Source of the DNA: Basidiobolus meristosporus CBS 931.73
Lineage: Eukaryota > Fungi > Basidiobolomycota
Assembly (NCBI GenBank): GCA_002104905.1
Contig: MCFE01000067.1
Coordinates: forward strand, 124,335-188,334
Length of the DNA stretch: 64,000 nucleotides
Direction: 5' to 3'
Made by a program: the position numbers and the translations under genes. The notes beneath the pieces are model-generated. The model did no database searches, had not been told where the DNA came from, and was given only the letters and a program-made list of their open reading frames with translations. Each line of letters begins with the position of its first letter. Position 1 is the stretch's first letter. Below, in pieces: positions 12,663 to 24,927 of the stretch.

Positions 12663-14580
12663 CGTTTCAAGTCACGGCAAGTTGCTACTTTCTCCGTGAG
12701 ATAACTGGCTTTGCTGCTGGGGAAGAAATGAAATAGCAGAGAAAAAGTCCACTCGGAACCAGGGGGTTTCCAGGCTCTAGTAATTTTCAACGAAATACAA
12801 TTTTTTCAATCTTGTTCGCATGCCACTCCCACTGTTCCGGAATCTCCTGACCGAAAACTGCACCCTGCCCTCTTCATTCCAGAAAAAAGTGGATTTCGAT
12901 CACAACAATTTGAAATTCGGTAAATCGATTTTGAGCGTATTCTTCCCCTGAGCACAAGATTTGAAATGCGAGCTAAAAGGTGCACTGACTCTGTTCACCG
13001 CTAGCAAGTCATCCCAGAAGTCGGTGGATATAGTGGCTTTGATGTTGGCGTAAAAGCATGTCGCAATACTAATATGGTCAAAACTAGCGAGTTGATGTGG
13101 CCAGTGTTCTCAGACAGCAACCAGAAGCAGTCCGGTTTTGTAATAAGGCACTACCGCACTGAACCTATTTATTCACATGAAAACCAAATTTGCTTGGTGA
13201 GTAAAGGAGCATCCATACCAGTTAGGAAACCAAATGCGAAGTAATCCCCGAAATGGGCTTATTGCCTACTCACACCTCGCATCAGCCCTCTCCCTCCACA
13301 CGAAACCTTGTTGAGCCAGCATTGATCAGATACACGTAATGCTACATCCCTCAGCTCCCTCCACACCTCATTCTCAACCTTGTTACTAAGCGGTCCTCCT
13401 TAATCAGACCTCCTCACTCCAAACACTTTTGTAATTAATCTTCCTCACTTGAAATACTGTTGAAGCTTATCTAGTCCAAGCAGTATTGCACACAGAATGT
13501 TCTTGAAACATGTAACTGATCCCAATAGGCTGCACTGTATCATTGCAATATTAATGTTACTCTGGGCGTATGCTATGTATAATGTTTCACGAGCGACTGG
13601 TGCTCTGACCATATACCATGGGAGTTGAGCGTACACCAATGAGATTGAACTAGGATCAAAGTAACTGGTAACGAAGGGGCCAGATACGTAAGCGCTGGCG
13701 TTGTGGAGGAGAGATCCTCCGGCTGTTGATCAACTTGCTTCCTATTCATAGAATGTACTTCGCGTCCATCCAAACCATTAGGCTTCTGATGGAAGAAATG
13801 AAGTAGCAATGCATATGGTGACAGAGACATTCCTACTCAAGTTCGAAACTGAGTCCTCAACGCGGTCCCATGCTTGCTTTCTCCACATCCTCATCTAGCC
13901 AAATACCAACTGCGTCATTTGGAAATATCGAACAATAGTAGATTGGCTGGTTGGGAGTGCATGGTAGGTAGATTGGTTTGATATCTATCGCAAACATACG
14001 GGCTTATTGTCAGTAAAAGAGGTTTCATTGTGTTTGGTTATGTGTAGTTGTGGCAACAGAGGGATCTCAGATGATGTCAGTATTTGTTGACCCGCACTGA
14101 CTCTAATCTGATCCGTGAGTTTCATCTAAGGAGGCACATACCTATCTGACTGGTATAATCTAAGGAAGTGTATATCTATCTGACTGGTACAGGGAGCAGT
14201 GTGAGTCTGAAGAACAAACCCATTGGCTCTCTGGACAGAATTTCACCTATCGTTGTTACATTAGTGATTCGGATGCCATGGAAAGGATCCAGGCTTACTC
14301 AGTTATTACCATAGTCAGCAAGGCTGGATATATCCCAAGTGTTTCGCAAAACGTCAATCAGACTTCGAGATACTCAATATGGACATACTTTCATTGAGCT
14401 GGGTCCGAAATTGGCAAAAAGGGATGAACAAGTGACATCAACTAGTTAGGGATTAACTTGGTAACCAGTTAGAATGGTGTGGTGATAATCACTATATAAT
14501 AGAGATCTATGAATTCCAAGGTAGCCAACACCTAGCGTTGTGGCCATCCTTGCACAAGAATGATGGTCAGCTCCTATAAT

Positions 14581-14656
14581 GATCAGACCACATCTGTCAT
14601 CATGGCAATCAATATTGATCAGACCACATCTGTAATCATAGCAATCAATATTGATC
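14581..14656. repeat. 36-bp tandem duplication
   Basis: GATCAGACCACATCTGTCATCATGGCAATCAATATT twice with 2 mismatches. Confidence 0.9.
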
Positions 14657-15177
14657 TCTAATGTATGATGGCTGAAAGGCAGCGGATTGATATGATACCT
14701 AAAAAGGTCTGTGTAAGCTCAGGTGTAGCCACTTGATTAAAGCGAAATCCGGTGTGTATATGGATGTAGGTTGGATGAATGGCCCTATCATAGTTTCTGA
14801 TTCATGGTGGATGGATTTGTAACGGAATCTAGCATAGCACGTGTAGCAGCAGGAAGCATGGAATCGGCACAAAACTTATAGAAATGCGTAATCCACATCT
14901 GCTGTATCCTCTCGACCAAAAGCCCGTGTTGGGAGAGGGGGAACCTATATACAACTGGGGTACGGTGTCAAACACCCGATGAACTTTATTACAAATACTA
15001 CCAAAATGTCCAAAAATGTGACAACAATCCGCTCTCGAATCCACCTCTGAATCATGGATTGACTGGAGAGATCAGATCAGAAAACGTTCTCCAAATTCAA
15101 TCCTAGTAACAAGAATACTCTGGGTTTGTTGTGGGTTCAACAGCGGATCATCATAGCATCCTTGTGTCCATTAACCC

Positions 15178-15198
15178 TATATATATATATATATATAT
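15178..15198. repeat. (TA)n microsatellite
   Basis: Uninterrupted TA run. Confidence 0.95.
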
Positions 15199-15464
15199 CC
15201 ATTATGTATACTTCAATACTTGGTGCACACAAATGATAGTTCTAGAGATCCACATTTTCCCCCAAGGTGATTGCTTATTTCAAATATGCTGACTCTGACC
15301 ATTGACTCATCCGAATTCAACCAGAGATTTCATCCAGAATAGGTACATAATTAATATAGGGGTGACTTTGCCAAACCTTGCGGCGAGGTTACGGTTGCTA
15401 CCAAGGCTTATATATAAAGGCGGGTGACCCTCGGGCATTTTACCAAACCACCTATTGGAAAAAA

Positions 15465-16304
15465 ATGCCCCAGGGACACACCGCAAAACTCAACGTTCGG
15501 GTGGCGCTGTTCGTGCTAAAACTTTACAAGTAGCTTTATTTCAACAACACTTCCTCCCCACTCGCACTGACCAGAACTGTTGGTTTGTAGCATCCTTTCG
15601 GAACAAACATACTCGGATATCATTGCTTGGGAGCGGTCAGGCTCTGGGTTTATTATCAAAGACCAGGCTGGCTTCACTTCCAAGGTGCTTCCCCAATATT
15701 ATGAAACCAGAAAGTTCACTTCCTTCACTCGTCAGTTAAATGTAGGTTGAAATGGTGAAACCTCACCTGGAGTTTCCTCCTCCCCTCATAAGAACTTGCA
15801 CTAACCTACCCACAGATTTATGGCTTCTATCGGGTTTCCGACCGAAGAAGGTCCAAACAAGAATTCGATGGGTCGACAATCATCTACTCCCACCGATACT
15901 TCAGACGCGACCAACCAGACTCCCTATATTTAATTCAGCGGGTGTCTGGGCCCTATTCCCAGGCGAGAGCGAAATACACCACAACCCCTAAGGTGGCGCT
16001 GAAACCGAAAACGCCACAGTCCACAGAAACGCGAAGGATTATGTACCAGGAGAGTCAGCCAGGTGCTTGTACAAATTGTGAGATACTCAACCAAGAAATA
16101 TCGAATCTAAGGAAAATCATCGACCACTACACAACCCTCCTCAGCGAGCCACCGGCAGTAGCCGAGTGGAAACCAATCACCTGTCAAGAGAAATCGAACG
16201 ATACCCTGTACTTTATAGACAACTCATCACCCACCTATTGTTGCGATTTCTCTACCATGTTCACCGGACAGATCCCCTTTTTGGGCAATTTTACTGAATT
16301 TTGA
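15465..16304 (+). CDS. Short HSF-type DNA-binding-domain protein (~234 aa), 3 exons (15465-15529, 15591-15741, 15816-16304)
   Basis: Spliced frame FVLKLYNILSE...DIIAWERSGSGFII...FTSKVLPQYY...FTSFTRQLN|IYGFYRV...YSHRYFRRDQPDSLYLIQR matches the HSF winged-helix signature. Intron phases are consistent; CTAAC branch point before 15815; TATATAAA ~50 bp upstream. Confidence 0.85.
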
Positions 16305-16423
16305 TTTGGTGTAAGTAAAGTGAAAATGATGCATACCCTCTTGATACATGGTTCGTTTATTGACTGATAAATGTACACATACTACGGTGATGCTGAGGAA
16401 TAGATAGGGGGATGAGCTTTGAT

Positions 16424-19165
16424 CTAGAAGTTGACGATGGACTCGGGCTTGAAGTTCAGCTTCTCAAGGACTGGTGCGCATCCGCATTCAAGCATAGGAG
16501 CAGGCCCGCACAACAATATGAGGGATTTGCTCTCTTCGGTAGAGGGCTGGGGAAGGTGGGTCTTGCACATCTCCAAGTTGACAAAGCCAACAGAGTATTT
16601 CCAGTCAGCCTCGGTGCACTTGTCAACAGTGTACCACACCTTGAACTGCTCTGGGTGCTCTTGGGTGAGACGGTCCAACTCATCGCGAAGCAGGATGTCA
16701 TCGGGGCTGCGGTTGGCGAAGACCAAGGAGAGCTTGGTCTTGTCGTTGGGGTTTCTGAGGACCGATTTGATGACTTGGAGGACAGGGGTGATGCCACTGC
16801 CGCCAGCAATCATACCAATGTGGTCGACGGTGCCCTTGGTTTGGCCGTTGTTGAGGTTGTAGTTACCGCAGCCCTCGTAGACGAAGTGGCCAATAGGGCC
16901 CTTCATTTCAACGGTATCTCCGATCTTCAAGCTGTCGAGGTATTGGGACATGACTCCACCCTCGGGGAACATAGGGTCGGTGTTCTTGCGGTACACCTTG
17001 ATGACCAGGTCGACGTGGCCCAATTCCTCATCCAACGAGTTGGGAGTGTATGCACGGACAACATTCTCTCCGTTGATCTTGGCCTTCAAGTAGACGTGCT
17101 TGCCCACTGGGAGACCCATGCGATGCTTGCTACTTGGAAGTTGGAAGCGCAGCAGGATGGTGTTGTGAGTGATCTGGATCTTCTCGATCAAGGGGAATGT
17201 GCGGTATTCTCTTGGCGCAAGGGCGACGGCACTGTCGATCTCGTTCTGGGGGACATTCTGGGTGTTCTTCTTCATCTCGCCCTCCAATTCACCCACGTAG
17301 TACTTCTCCAAGATCTCGTGGGCATTGGTGGAGTGGACAGCAACGAAATCCTCGGTACAGTCCATGGCTGCGTTGAGGGTGAGACTCTCAGCGCCGCCCG
17401 GATGCTCCTTGATGAAGTCGGTCACGTCGTACACCCTCTTGTTAATAACCATCCAGCAGTCATCAGGCTGGTTGTGCTTGCTGATCTCTTCTTGGGTGAA
17501 GCTCTTGTCGCCCTTTGGCTTCTCGACCGGCTTCTCCTCGGTCTTTTGTCCACCGTACTTGTCAACCATCCAGCCTTCCTTCTCGGAGACACAGGGGTGC
17601 TGGAATCTGAAGACCATCTCGCCCTCGTCATTCTCCTCGAGGTTGACCTTCAATCTGAAGTAGCAGTTGTTCATCTGGCCAATAATGTTCCAGGTGATGT
17701 TAACAGGTTGGGTGTTGAGTGTGGAGTCCCAAGCACGGACAATGATTTCCTCGCATCTGAGCAATTTGTTGAGAGGAAGATCGTAAGACCACAGAGCCCA
17801 GGCCCAGTACTTCTTACTGATAGGTGAGGGGTCGTGTCGGTCGATGTTGGCCAGGATCCAGGACTTGCCGTCGTCGAGGGATAACTCGACACGAGTGACC
17901 TTGCTGCCGTTACCGGTGTAGGCGTAACCACGGCACTTGTAGGTAGGCTGAGAGATGGGGACTACCTCGTTGTTTCGGGGGTAGGCGAAAGCGGAGTTGA
18001 TGTTCATTGGGTTGATGATGTAACTGGGGTTTTGCCACCAATTGTCTCTGACGGACTCCTCGAATTCAACGTGGGAGGGGATGATACGGTTGTCGTAGAT
18101 GTGGTACCAGTTGTCAGACTCGACCTTGGAGACGAAGATCTTCTTGACCCACTTGACCATACGTCCACCAATAATGCCTGGGACGAGGAGTCTGATGGGG
18201 AAACCGTGATCGGGGGAGAGTGGGACTCCATTCATCTCGTAGGCCATGAGCACCTCGTTGTCCTCGTTCATGGCATATTTGTAGCTGATGCTGGTGGCGT
18301 AGAGACCGTTGGGGAGCATCTCGGCTCCTTCGAAGTGAACATGCCAGTCATCCTCCTCTTCGGTGGGAACCTGAACCCCGCAAGCAAGAAGCAAGTCTCT
18401 AAGCATGAGACCACCAAAGATAGAGGTGGAAACGCCAGCGGAGCCCCAACTGAAACCTTTGGATTGTTTGACGAGGTTGACCTCTCTACGACGGTTACCA
18501 GCGCAAGGGAAGGTGACGGGGAACTGTCTCTTGGGGAAACCAGCCAACTCGTCCATGGTGAAGGTCTTGGGGTTGTCAACCAAACCGGTCACCTCCAAAG
18601 TGTGAGTCTCCCAGTCAAGCTTGGGGACAAGACCGTGGTTGCGTACGTAGAAGGTGGCATTGGATGTGATGTAACCCTCATCGAAAAGTATAGTTGGATC
18701 GGGCTCACCATTGAAAGGGTGCTTGCCGGTAAGTCTAATTAATTTGGGATGTCTCTTAATCCAGTTATCTGGCGTTTGCTCGTCGCGCTTGTCGAACACG
18801 ATCTCCTCGTCGGCAGCGAATTTAGGGAAGCTCTTGTAAATCATCCTGGCCTCGCTATCTATATTGTGTCTAAGTAGGTTTGGGTGGCATTCCACCATGA
18901 CTTTATGTGATTTATATATGTGCTTGGACCTGCTAAAGAGTCCTTTATCCGACATTCCATTTCCATCGTTAAGCGGTCGAGGTCCATCTCCTATTAGATC
19001 GAAATAGTCAAGCCATACCTCGAAAATCTCTACTCCATTGGCCATTGGCTCACAGTCCAAGCGATTCCAAACCGGTGGATATCTAACATCAGCCAGGAAG
19101 ATTCTCCCAAAAGATATCAGTCTAGACATTGCATGTCCAAATATGGTAACAAAAGCAATAAGCAC
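16424..19165 (-). CDS. niaD: Eukaryotic assimilatory nitrate reductase (Moco, dimerisation, cytochrome b5, FAD/NAD(P)H domains), intronless; true start may be 18844
   Basis: RLTGKHPFNGEP, FYVRNHGLVP, CAGNRR (Mo-Cys), DHGFPIRLLVPGIIGGRMVKW, HPGG heme motif, VRAYTP, MIAGGSGITP, CGPAPM in one 913-aa ORF. Confidence 0.95.
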   Translation of the reverse strand: MLIAFVTIFGHAMSRLISFGRIFLADVRYPPVWNRLDCEPMANGVEIFEVWLDYFDLIGDGPRPLNDGNGMSDKGLFSRSKHIYKSHKVMVECHPNLLRHNIDSEARMIYKSFPKFAADEEIVFDKRDEQTPDNWIKRHPKLIRLTGKHPFNGEPDPTILFDEGYITSNATFYVRNHGLVPKLDWETHTLEVTGLVDNPKTFTMDELAGFPKRQFPVTFPCAGNRRREVNLVKQSKGFSWGSAGVSTSIFGGLMLRDLLLACGVQVPTEEEDDWHVHFEGAEMLPNGLYATSISYKYAMNEDNEVLMAYEMNGVPLSPDHGFPIRLLVPGIIGGRMVKWVKKIFVSKVESDNWYHIYDNRIIPSHVEFEESVRDNWWQNPSYIINPMNINSAFAYPRNNEVVPISQPTYKCRGYAYTGNGSKVTRVELSLDDGKSWILANIDRHDPSPISKKYWAWALWSYDLPLNKLLRCEEIIVRAWDSTLNTQPVNITWNIIGQMNNCYFRLKVNLEENDEGEMVFRFQHPCVSEKEGWMVDKYGGQKTEEKPVEKPKGDKSFTQEEISKHNQPDDCWMVINKRVYDVTDFIKEHPGGAESLTLNAAMDCTEDFVAVHSTNAHEILEKYYVGELEGEMKKNTQNVPQNEIDSAVALAPREYRTFPLIEKIQITHNTILLRFQLPSSKHRMGLPVGKHVYLKAKINGENVVRAYTPNSLDEELGHVDLVIKVYRKNTDPMFPEGGVMSQYLDSLKIGDTVEMKGPIGHFVYEGCGNYNLNNGQTKGTVDHIGMIAGGSGITPVLQVIKSVLRNPNDKTKLSLVFANRSPDDILLRDELDRLTQEHPEQFKVWYTVDKCTEADWKYSVGFVNLEMCKTHLPQPSTEESKSLILLCGPAPMLECGCAPVLEKLNFKPESIVNF

Positions 19166-19977
19166 ATTGGAGTGACATTTTTGTCGAGACTACTTCCTAA
19201 CATGGTACCCACATGATGTCCCGCACATTAATGTTCAATCAATAGGTGAATTAAGTGGAGTCCCACCATCGATCTGTTGATGCTGGACCCATCATTTACC
19301 AAGATGAGATATGGATTGAACAAATCCAGAATGGCTTGGACAAATAAAACAATTTGGCAAATGGGCTTTCTTGGATGAGGCGAGGTCCCAAATATGATTG
19401 GCGGTGGTCTAACGATCGATTAATGCAGCTTACCCTTAAGGAAATATAAACCCACAGAGCTAGGTCAACCTGGTTTACTTCCACTTGCTCACTCACTCAC
19501 TTGCTAAATGGGTTCAATTACAAATCGTTATGCAAAATAGCAATAGCTTGACCCTAAAGTGAATGATGACTTAGAGATAATGCCTCATTGCGCGTCTTCA
19601 TCGAAGGAGTGTCAACCAGTTAGTGCACGAGCCTTAATTTTAAAATATCTCTGCTTATATATATACGCGTTTATCCCCGGGTCTAGGTATGCCGCAAACA
19701 TTCCATCTTCCAGGAGGACTACATTACTGCCATTCATTGCACTTTCCCGCACACTAACTAAACTATCTTATAATCCAATTCCCCAATTTGGTAACATTGG
19801 TCTTTCAGACAAGTGGTTAAGCTTCGATTAAGTTAGCCCCTTTGGCTCAGAGTTTGACTAAGTTGACAATACGTAGGTTTACATTCACCGGAGGTTTATT
19901 TGAATAGGCGATGGTGTAGGGTAGAAGGTGCTTGAAGCATTTACATCATTATAAAGATAGAAAGCAGTATCAAGTGT

Positions 19978-20515
19978 TTAAGATCTGGGCTTCTCCTTCT
20001 TCTCCTTGTACAAAGCAAGGAGGGAGACACCGGAGACCTTGACGACCTTGAAACGAACACCTGGAATATCACCAACGGCACGTCCCTTACGACCGAAACC
20101 GGAGATGAGAACTTCATCGTTCTCCTCGACGAAGTTCAAACAACCATCGTTGGGAACGAAGGCGGTGATCTTCTTACCGTTCTTGATCAATTGGACACGA
20201 ACGCACTTACGAATGGCGGAGTTAGGCTGCTTGGCTTCGACACCAATCTTTTCCAAGACGATACCCTTGGCGTGGGAAGACCCACCGAAGGGGGAGGACT
20301 TGAAAGCGGTACCGAGGGCACGCTTCTTGTATTGTTTGTCGGCCCAACGTTCTTCGCGACGGTGGTTGCGAAGCTTGCGAGCGGCTTGAAGACCTCTAGG
20401 CTTACCCTTACCTGCGTTAATCAAGGTCGGTTAGCATGGTGATCGAACATGTATGCGTAGATCCTAGGAATGGATGGGTCCATCCATCGGCTTGCTATCC
20501 AAGAAACTTACCCAT
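19978..20515 (-). CDS. RPS23: 40S ribosomal protein S23 (uS12), exons 20512-20515 and 19978-20411
   Basis: ATGG + GTAAG intron gives MGKGKPRGL...[21 protein letters not shown]...[10 protein letters not shown]. Confidence 0.98.
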
Positions 20516-20826
20516 TTTAGTAGGATATCAAACGGTTGAAAGAGGGGGTATCCATGCGAGAGGTAGACTTTTTATTTTCCGGCAACCACGTCAAAATTTT
20601 GGGTCGGATGTGGGGATCACGTGGATGGCCGAGACGGCATCAACTTTGACATACCTTATCCCAGATGGCATAACTCCCGGGCGAAGCAAGAAAAAAAAAT
20701 CATGAGATTTCCTGTATGCGCTCGAGTAAGAAAAGAAAAAAAATCGGCTGGATTTTCAGGGTGAATGGGAATGTGAATGGGCTAGCATACTGGTTCTGGT
20801 TCGTTCTTGCAACCATAAGCATTCTC

Positions 20827-23800
20827 ATGGAACAACGCGAAAACAAGGCACATAGAGTACGTCAGGCCGGACCCAAGTCCGACAAGGCCCGTCGTAAGAA
20901 TGAAGAAAAGAACAACCCCAAAGTAACGTCGAACGCCGAACATGGTCGCAGTTTCATGTGCTCATTCTCCCTTCTCTTTCCATCCGTTTTAGGCATTCGC
21001 TTCGTTCTCCGGTCGCAAGGCAGAGAAAATTATTCGCAGAAATGCCGACCGCGACCAAAAGAAATTGCACGTCCCTTTGGTTGATCGTACTCCGATTGAG
21101 GCGCCACCAGTGGTGGTTGCGGTTGTTGGGCCTCCCGGGGTAAGTTTCCTGTAGCATTTATGTCGGGTCAGCTGAGATATTAAATATGCCAGTGTAGTCA
21201 GGAAAGAGTACTCTTATCAAGTCCCTCGTGAAGAAATACACGAAACACAACTTGAACGAAATCAAGGGACCCATCACGGTCATCTCCGGCAAGAAGCGTA
21301 GATTAACGTTTATCGAGTGCACGAACGACATGAACGCCATGATCGATGTTGCCAAAGTGGCGGATTTGGTTCTATTGCTGATCGACGCATCCTTCGGCTT
21401 CGAGATGGTAAGCATTCACACACTCTGGACAAGTCACTTGGGGGGTCGTATTTAATTAGAAGCGCTCTTAGGAAACATTCGAATTCCTCAACGTCCTTCA
21501 GGCGCATGGATTCCCCAAGATCATGGGTATCCTGACACATTTAGACAAGTTCCGGGACAACAAGAAGTTGCGCAAGACCAAGAAAAGATTGAAGAATCGA
21601 TTCTGGACCGAGATCTATCAGGGTGCCAAGTTGTTCTACCTTTCCGGAGTGCTTAATGGAAGGTATCCCAACACTGAGATCCTGAACTTGTCCAGATTCA
21701 TCTCTGTGATGAAGTTCCGTCCATTGATCTGGAGAAACACTCACCCGTATCTGTTGGCGGATCGTATTGAAGACATCACTGATCCTGAAGAGGTTCGTCA
21801 GAATCCAAAGATCGATCGCGATGTCACTCTCTATGGCTACCTTCGTGGTACGAACTTCAAGCCGGGAATGAAGGTTCACATTCCTGGTTCCGGAGATCAC
21901 GTTGTGGAGGAGATCGACATCATCAATGACCCATGTCCTCTTCCCGAGAAGGTGCGCAAGAGTTTGAGCGAGAAGCAAAAGCTCATCTACGCACCGATGT
22001 CTGACGTGGGCGGTATCATGTACGACAAGGATGCTGTCTACATCAACATTCCTGGAAGTTTCACCAAGAAGAGTCAGTACGCCAAAGACGAGGAGGTGGA
22101 TGAGGACGAAATTGATCCCGAGGCCGAGGCTGGCCCTGGTGAAAAGATGGTCATGAATCTGCAGGATGCTGACGATACCTTGGAAGACCAGCTGCAACAG
22201 AGTGAGCTGAGACTCTTCACCAACTCTGCGCCCATGAAGGCCGACTCCATCGCCACCAATGGACCCACCGAGTCCCTGGAGGAAGATGAAAGCGGTAGAG
22301 TTAGAAGAAGAGCCGTCTTCGGCGACGCTGATGAGGAAGACGACAACTCCGACGAGGATGATGACAATGAGGAGGAAGACGATGAGGCATATGAATCTGA
22401 CGAGCAGGGTCAAGCCAGACGTGCTGCCGTCAAGGATTACACTGGAACGAAGAAGCATCCCGACTCTGACGACGACAAGGAGGAAGAGTATGCATTTGCC
22501 GAGAGTGACAGTGATTTGGGTGAATACAGCCAGGAGGAAGACACCGACTTCGATGGATCCCTTAGATGGAAGTCAGATTTGGTTGAGAAGGCCAAGAGCT
22601 CGTTCTACGAGAAAAGGAGAACCAACCTGATGCAACTTGTTTACGGGGACAAGGATCCCGAGCTCATCTATAACGGCGAAGTAAGCGAAGAAGATAGCCA
22701 GAGCGAGGAGGAGGCGAGCGATGACGATTTGTTCACCGTCAAGAAAGCCCCCAAAGCAACGGCTGAATCACCCTTCACCGACTCGTGCAAATCCAGCCTC
22801 ATCCCTGACGATGACCTTGCACAGTGGGACGATGATGACACCCTGGACTCTATTCGTAACAGATTCATCACCGGCAGCTTAGACGAGGAAGCCCAAGAAG
22901 ACGGTGCCCAGAAACCCGACGACGAAGAGGAGGTCTACGGTGATTTCGAGGATCTTGAAACCGGGGAGGTTGTCCAAGCGCCAGAGGCCGAGGAGGAAGA
23001 GAAGACTCCCGAAGAGCTGGAGAGAGAGGCGATCGCCAAAAAGAAGGAAGACCTCAAGAAAAAGTTCGACGCCGAATATGATGGTGATGAGGATGAGGAC
23101 AAGGGAGATTTCTATGAGGAAGCCAAGGAGGCCATCGCCAAGCAACTCCAGCTTAACCGTGAAGAGTTCGAGGACGATGACCCTCTTGTTCGTGCCCAGG
23201 TAGAGGGATTCCGTGCCGGTACGTATGTTCGTATGGTGTTCAAAGGCATGCCATGTGAGTTCGTCCAGCACTTCGACCCCGTTTACCCGGTTATCGTCGG
23301 CGGCCTACTGTCCAACGAGGAAAACTTCGGATTCATCCAGGTGCGTATCAAGCGTCATCGTTGGCACAAGAAGATCCTCAAGACGAACGATCCATTGATC
23401 TTTTCTCTCGGTTGGAGACGCTTCCAATCCATGCCAATCTACTCGTTGGACGACCGCATCCGCAACCGTATGCTGAAGTATACCCCGGAGCACATGCATT
23501 GTCTGGCCACTTTCTACGGGCCCATCACCCCTCCCAACACCGGTTTCTGCTGCGTTCAATCGGTCTCGAAGAGCACGCCCAACTTCCGAATCTGCGCCAC
23601 CGGAGTGGTCCTTGATATCGATCACTCGGTCGAGATCGTGAAGAAGCTCAAGCTGACCGGTGTCCCCTACAAAGTCCACAAGAACTCCGCCTTCATCAAG
23701 GACATGTTCACATCAGCCCTGGAGGTGGCCAAATTCGAGGGCGCTCATATCCGAACCGTCTCGGGCATTCGTGGTCAAGTGAAGAAACCGCTGGCCAAGC

Positions 23801-24414
23801 CGGACGGTCACTTCAGAGCCACGTTCGAGGACAAGGTGCTGATGAGCGACATTGTGTTCTTGCGTGCTTGGTATCCTATTAAGCCCCGTAAGTTCTACAA
23901 CCCCGTCACCTCTCTCCTGCTGTCGTCCAAGAAGACATGGCAAGGAATGAGGTTGATCTCGGAGATCAGACACGAGAAGAACATGTCCGCCCCCTCCAAC
24001 CCCGACTCCCACTACAAGGACATCCATCGGGAAACCCGTAAATTCAACCCACTCAAGGTTCCCAGACAGCTCCAATCCGAATTGCCCTTCTCCTCCAAGC
24101 CTAAGCAGCTTGCCAAGCAAAAACGACCAGGACTCCTTCAAAGAAGAGCGGTCGTGCTCGAGCCCCACGAGAAGCGGATCTACTCCCTCATGCAGCAGAT
24201 CCAGACCCTCAAGAAGGACAAGGACCGCAAGCGTAAGCTCAAGCAAGCCGAGCGCAAGGAGGTCCACAAGAAGAAGGTCGCCAAGGAGGAAGAGAAATAC
24301 AACGAGCGACAGAAGAGAGACAGAAGAGAGTTCTTCAAGAAGGAGGGGCTGGCCCAAAAGCGCACCGCCGCCCAAGCCTCCGGCCGATATGCCAAGAAGA
24401 GCAAAACCGAGTAA
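20827..24414 (+). CDS. BMS1: Ribosome biogenesis GTPase Bms1, 5' introns; divergent from RPS23
   Basis: [41 protein letters not shown], acidic middle region, [27 protein letters not shown]. Confidence 0.97.
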
Positions 24415-24927
24415 TTCAATAGGATTGGATATCAAATGTATAATACAAAGACTGCTCAAGACTACTCTTACCCTACATCGCTTGCCCCCCTCGGGAGCAT
24501 TCCTTCCTCGTCTAGATATACAGTCCTCCCTGCCATTTATTATTCATGAGTAATATAGAAATACGATACTACGGGTTGTTAGCTAGCATACGCTCGCACA
24601 TGACCAGATCAATTCAATTCCGAATCACTTTATTTACTAAACAATTTAGAATACATCAGATCAAACCAAGTCTAAATGCTACCGGTAGAATGGCACAGAA
24701 AGTGAGGCCAACAGAGAGAAATATCAAGCAGATCCTCTCCTCGGGGAAGAGGACGATGACTGATCAAAAGTGTTAGTAGATGTAGAGCAGGTGGTGATCC
24801 ATTGGCAGAGATGTTAATTGCGGAAGGTTGCTTCCTAAAAATGGCGCTTTTTCTTTTCATGTCAAATTTAATCGATCATTCAATTGCTGGAATTTTGGTT
24901 AAGAAATAATGATTGAGATAGACTTAA

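Noticed and set aside
12800-15400. 2.6-kb gene-free stretch with short ORFs (13445-13639, 13573-13830, 14829-15044)
   Set aside because: No motifs or consistent splice structure found; left unassigned.
16412-17827. 471-aa plus-strand ORF
   Set aside because: Antisense shadow of the nitrate reductase, caused by codon bias.
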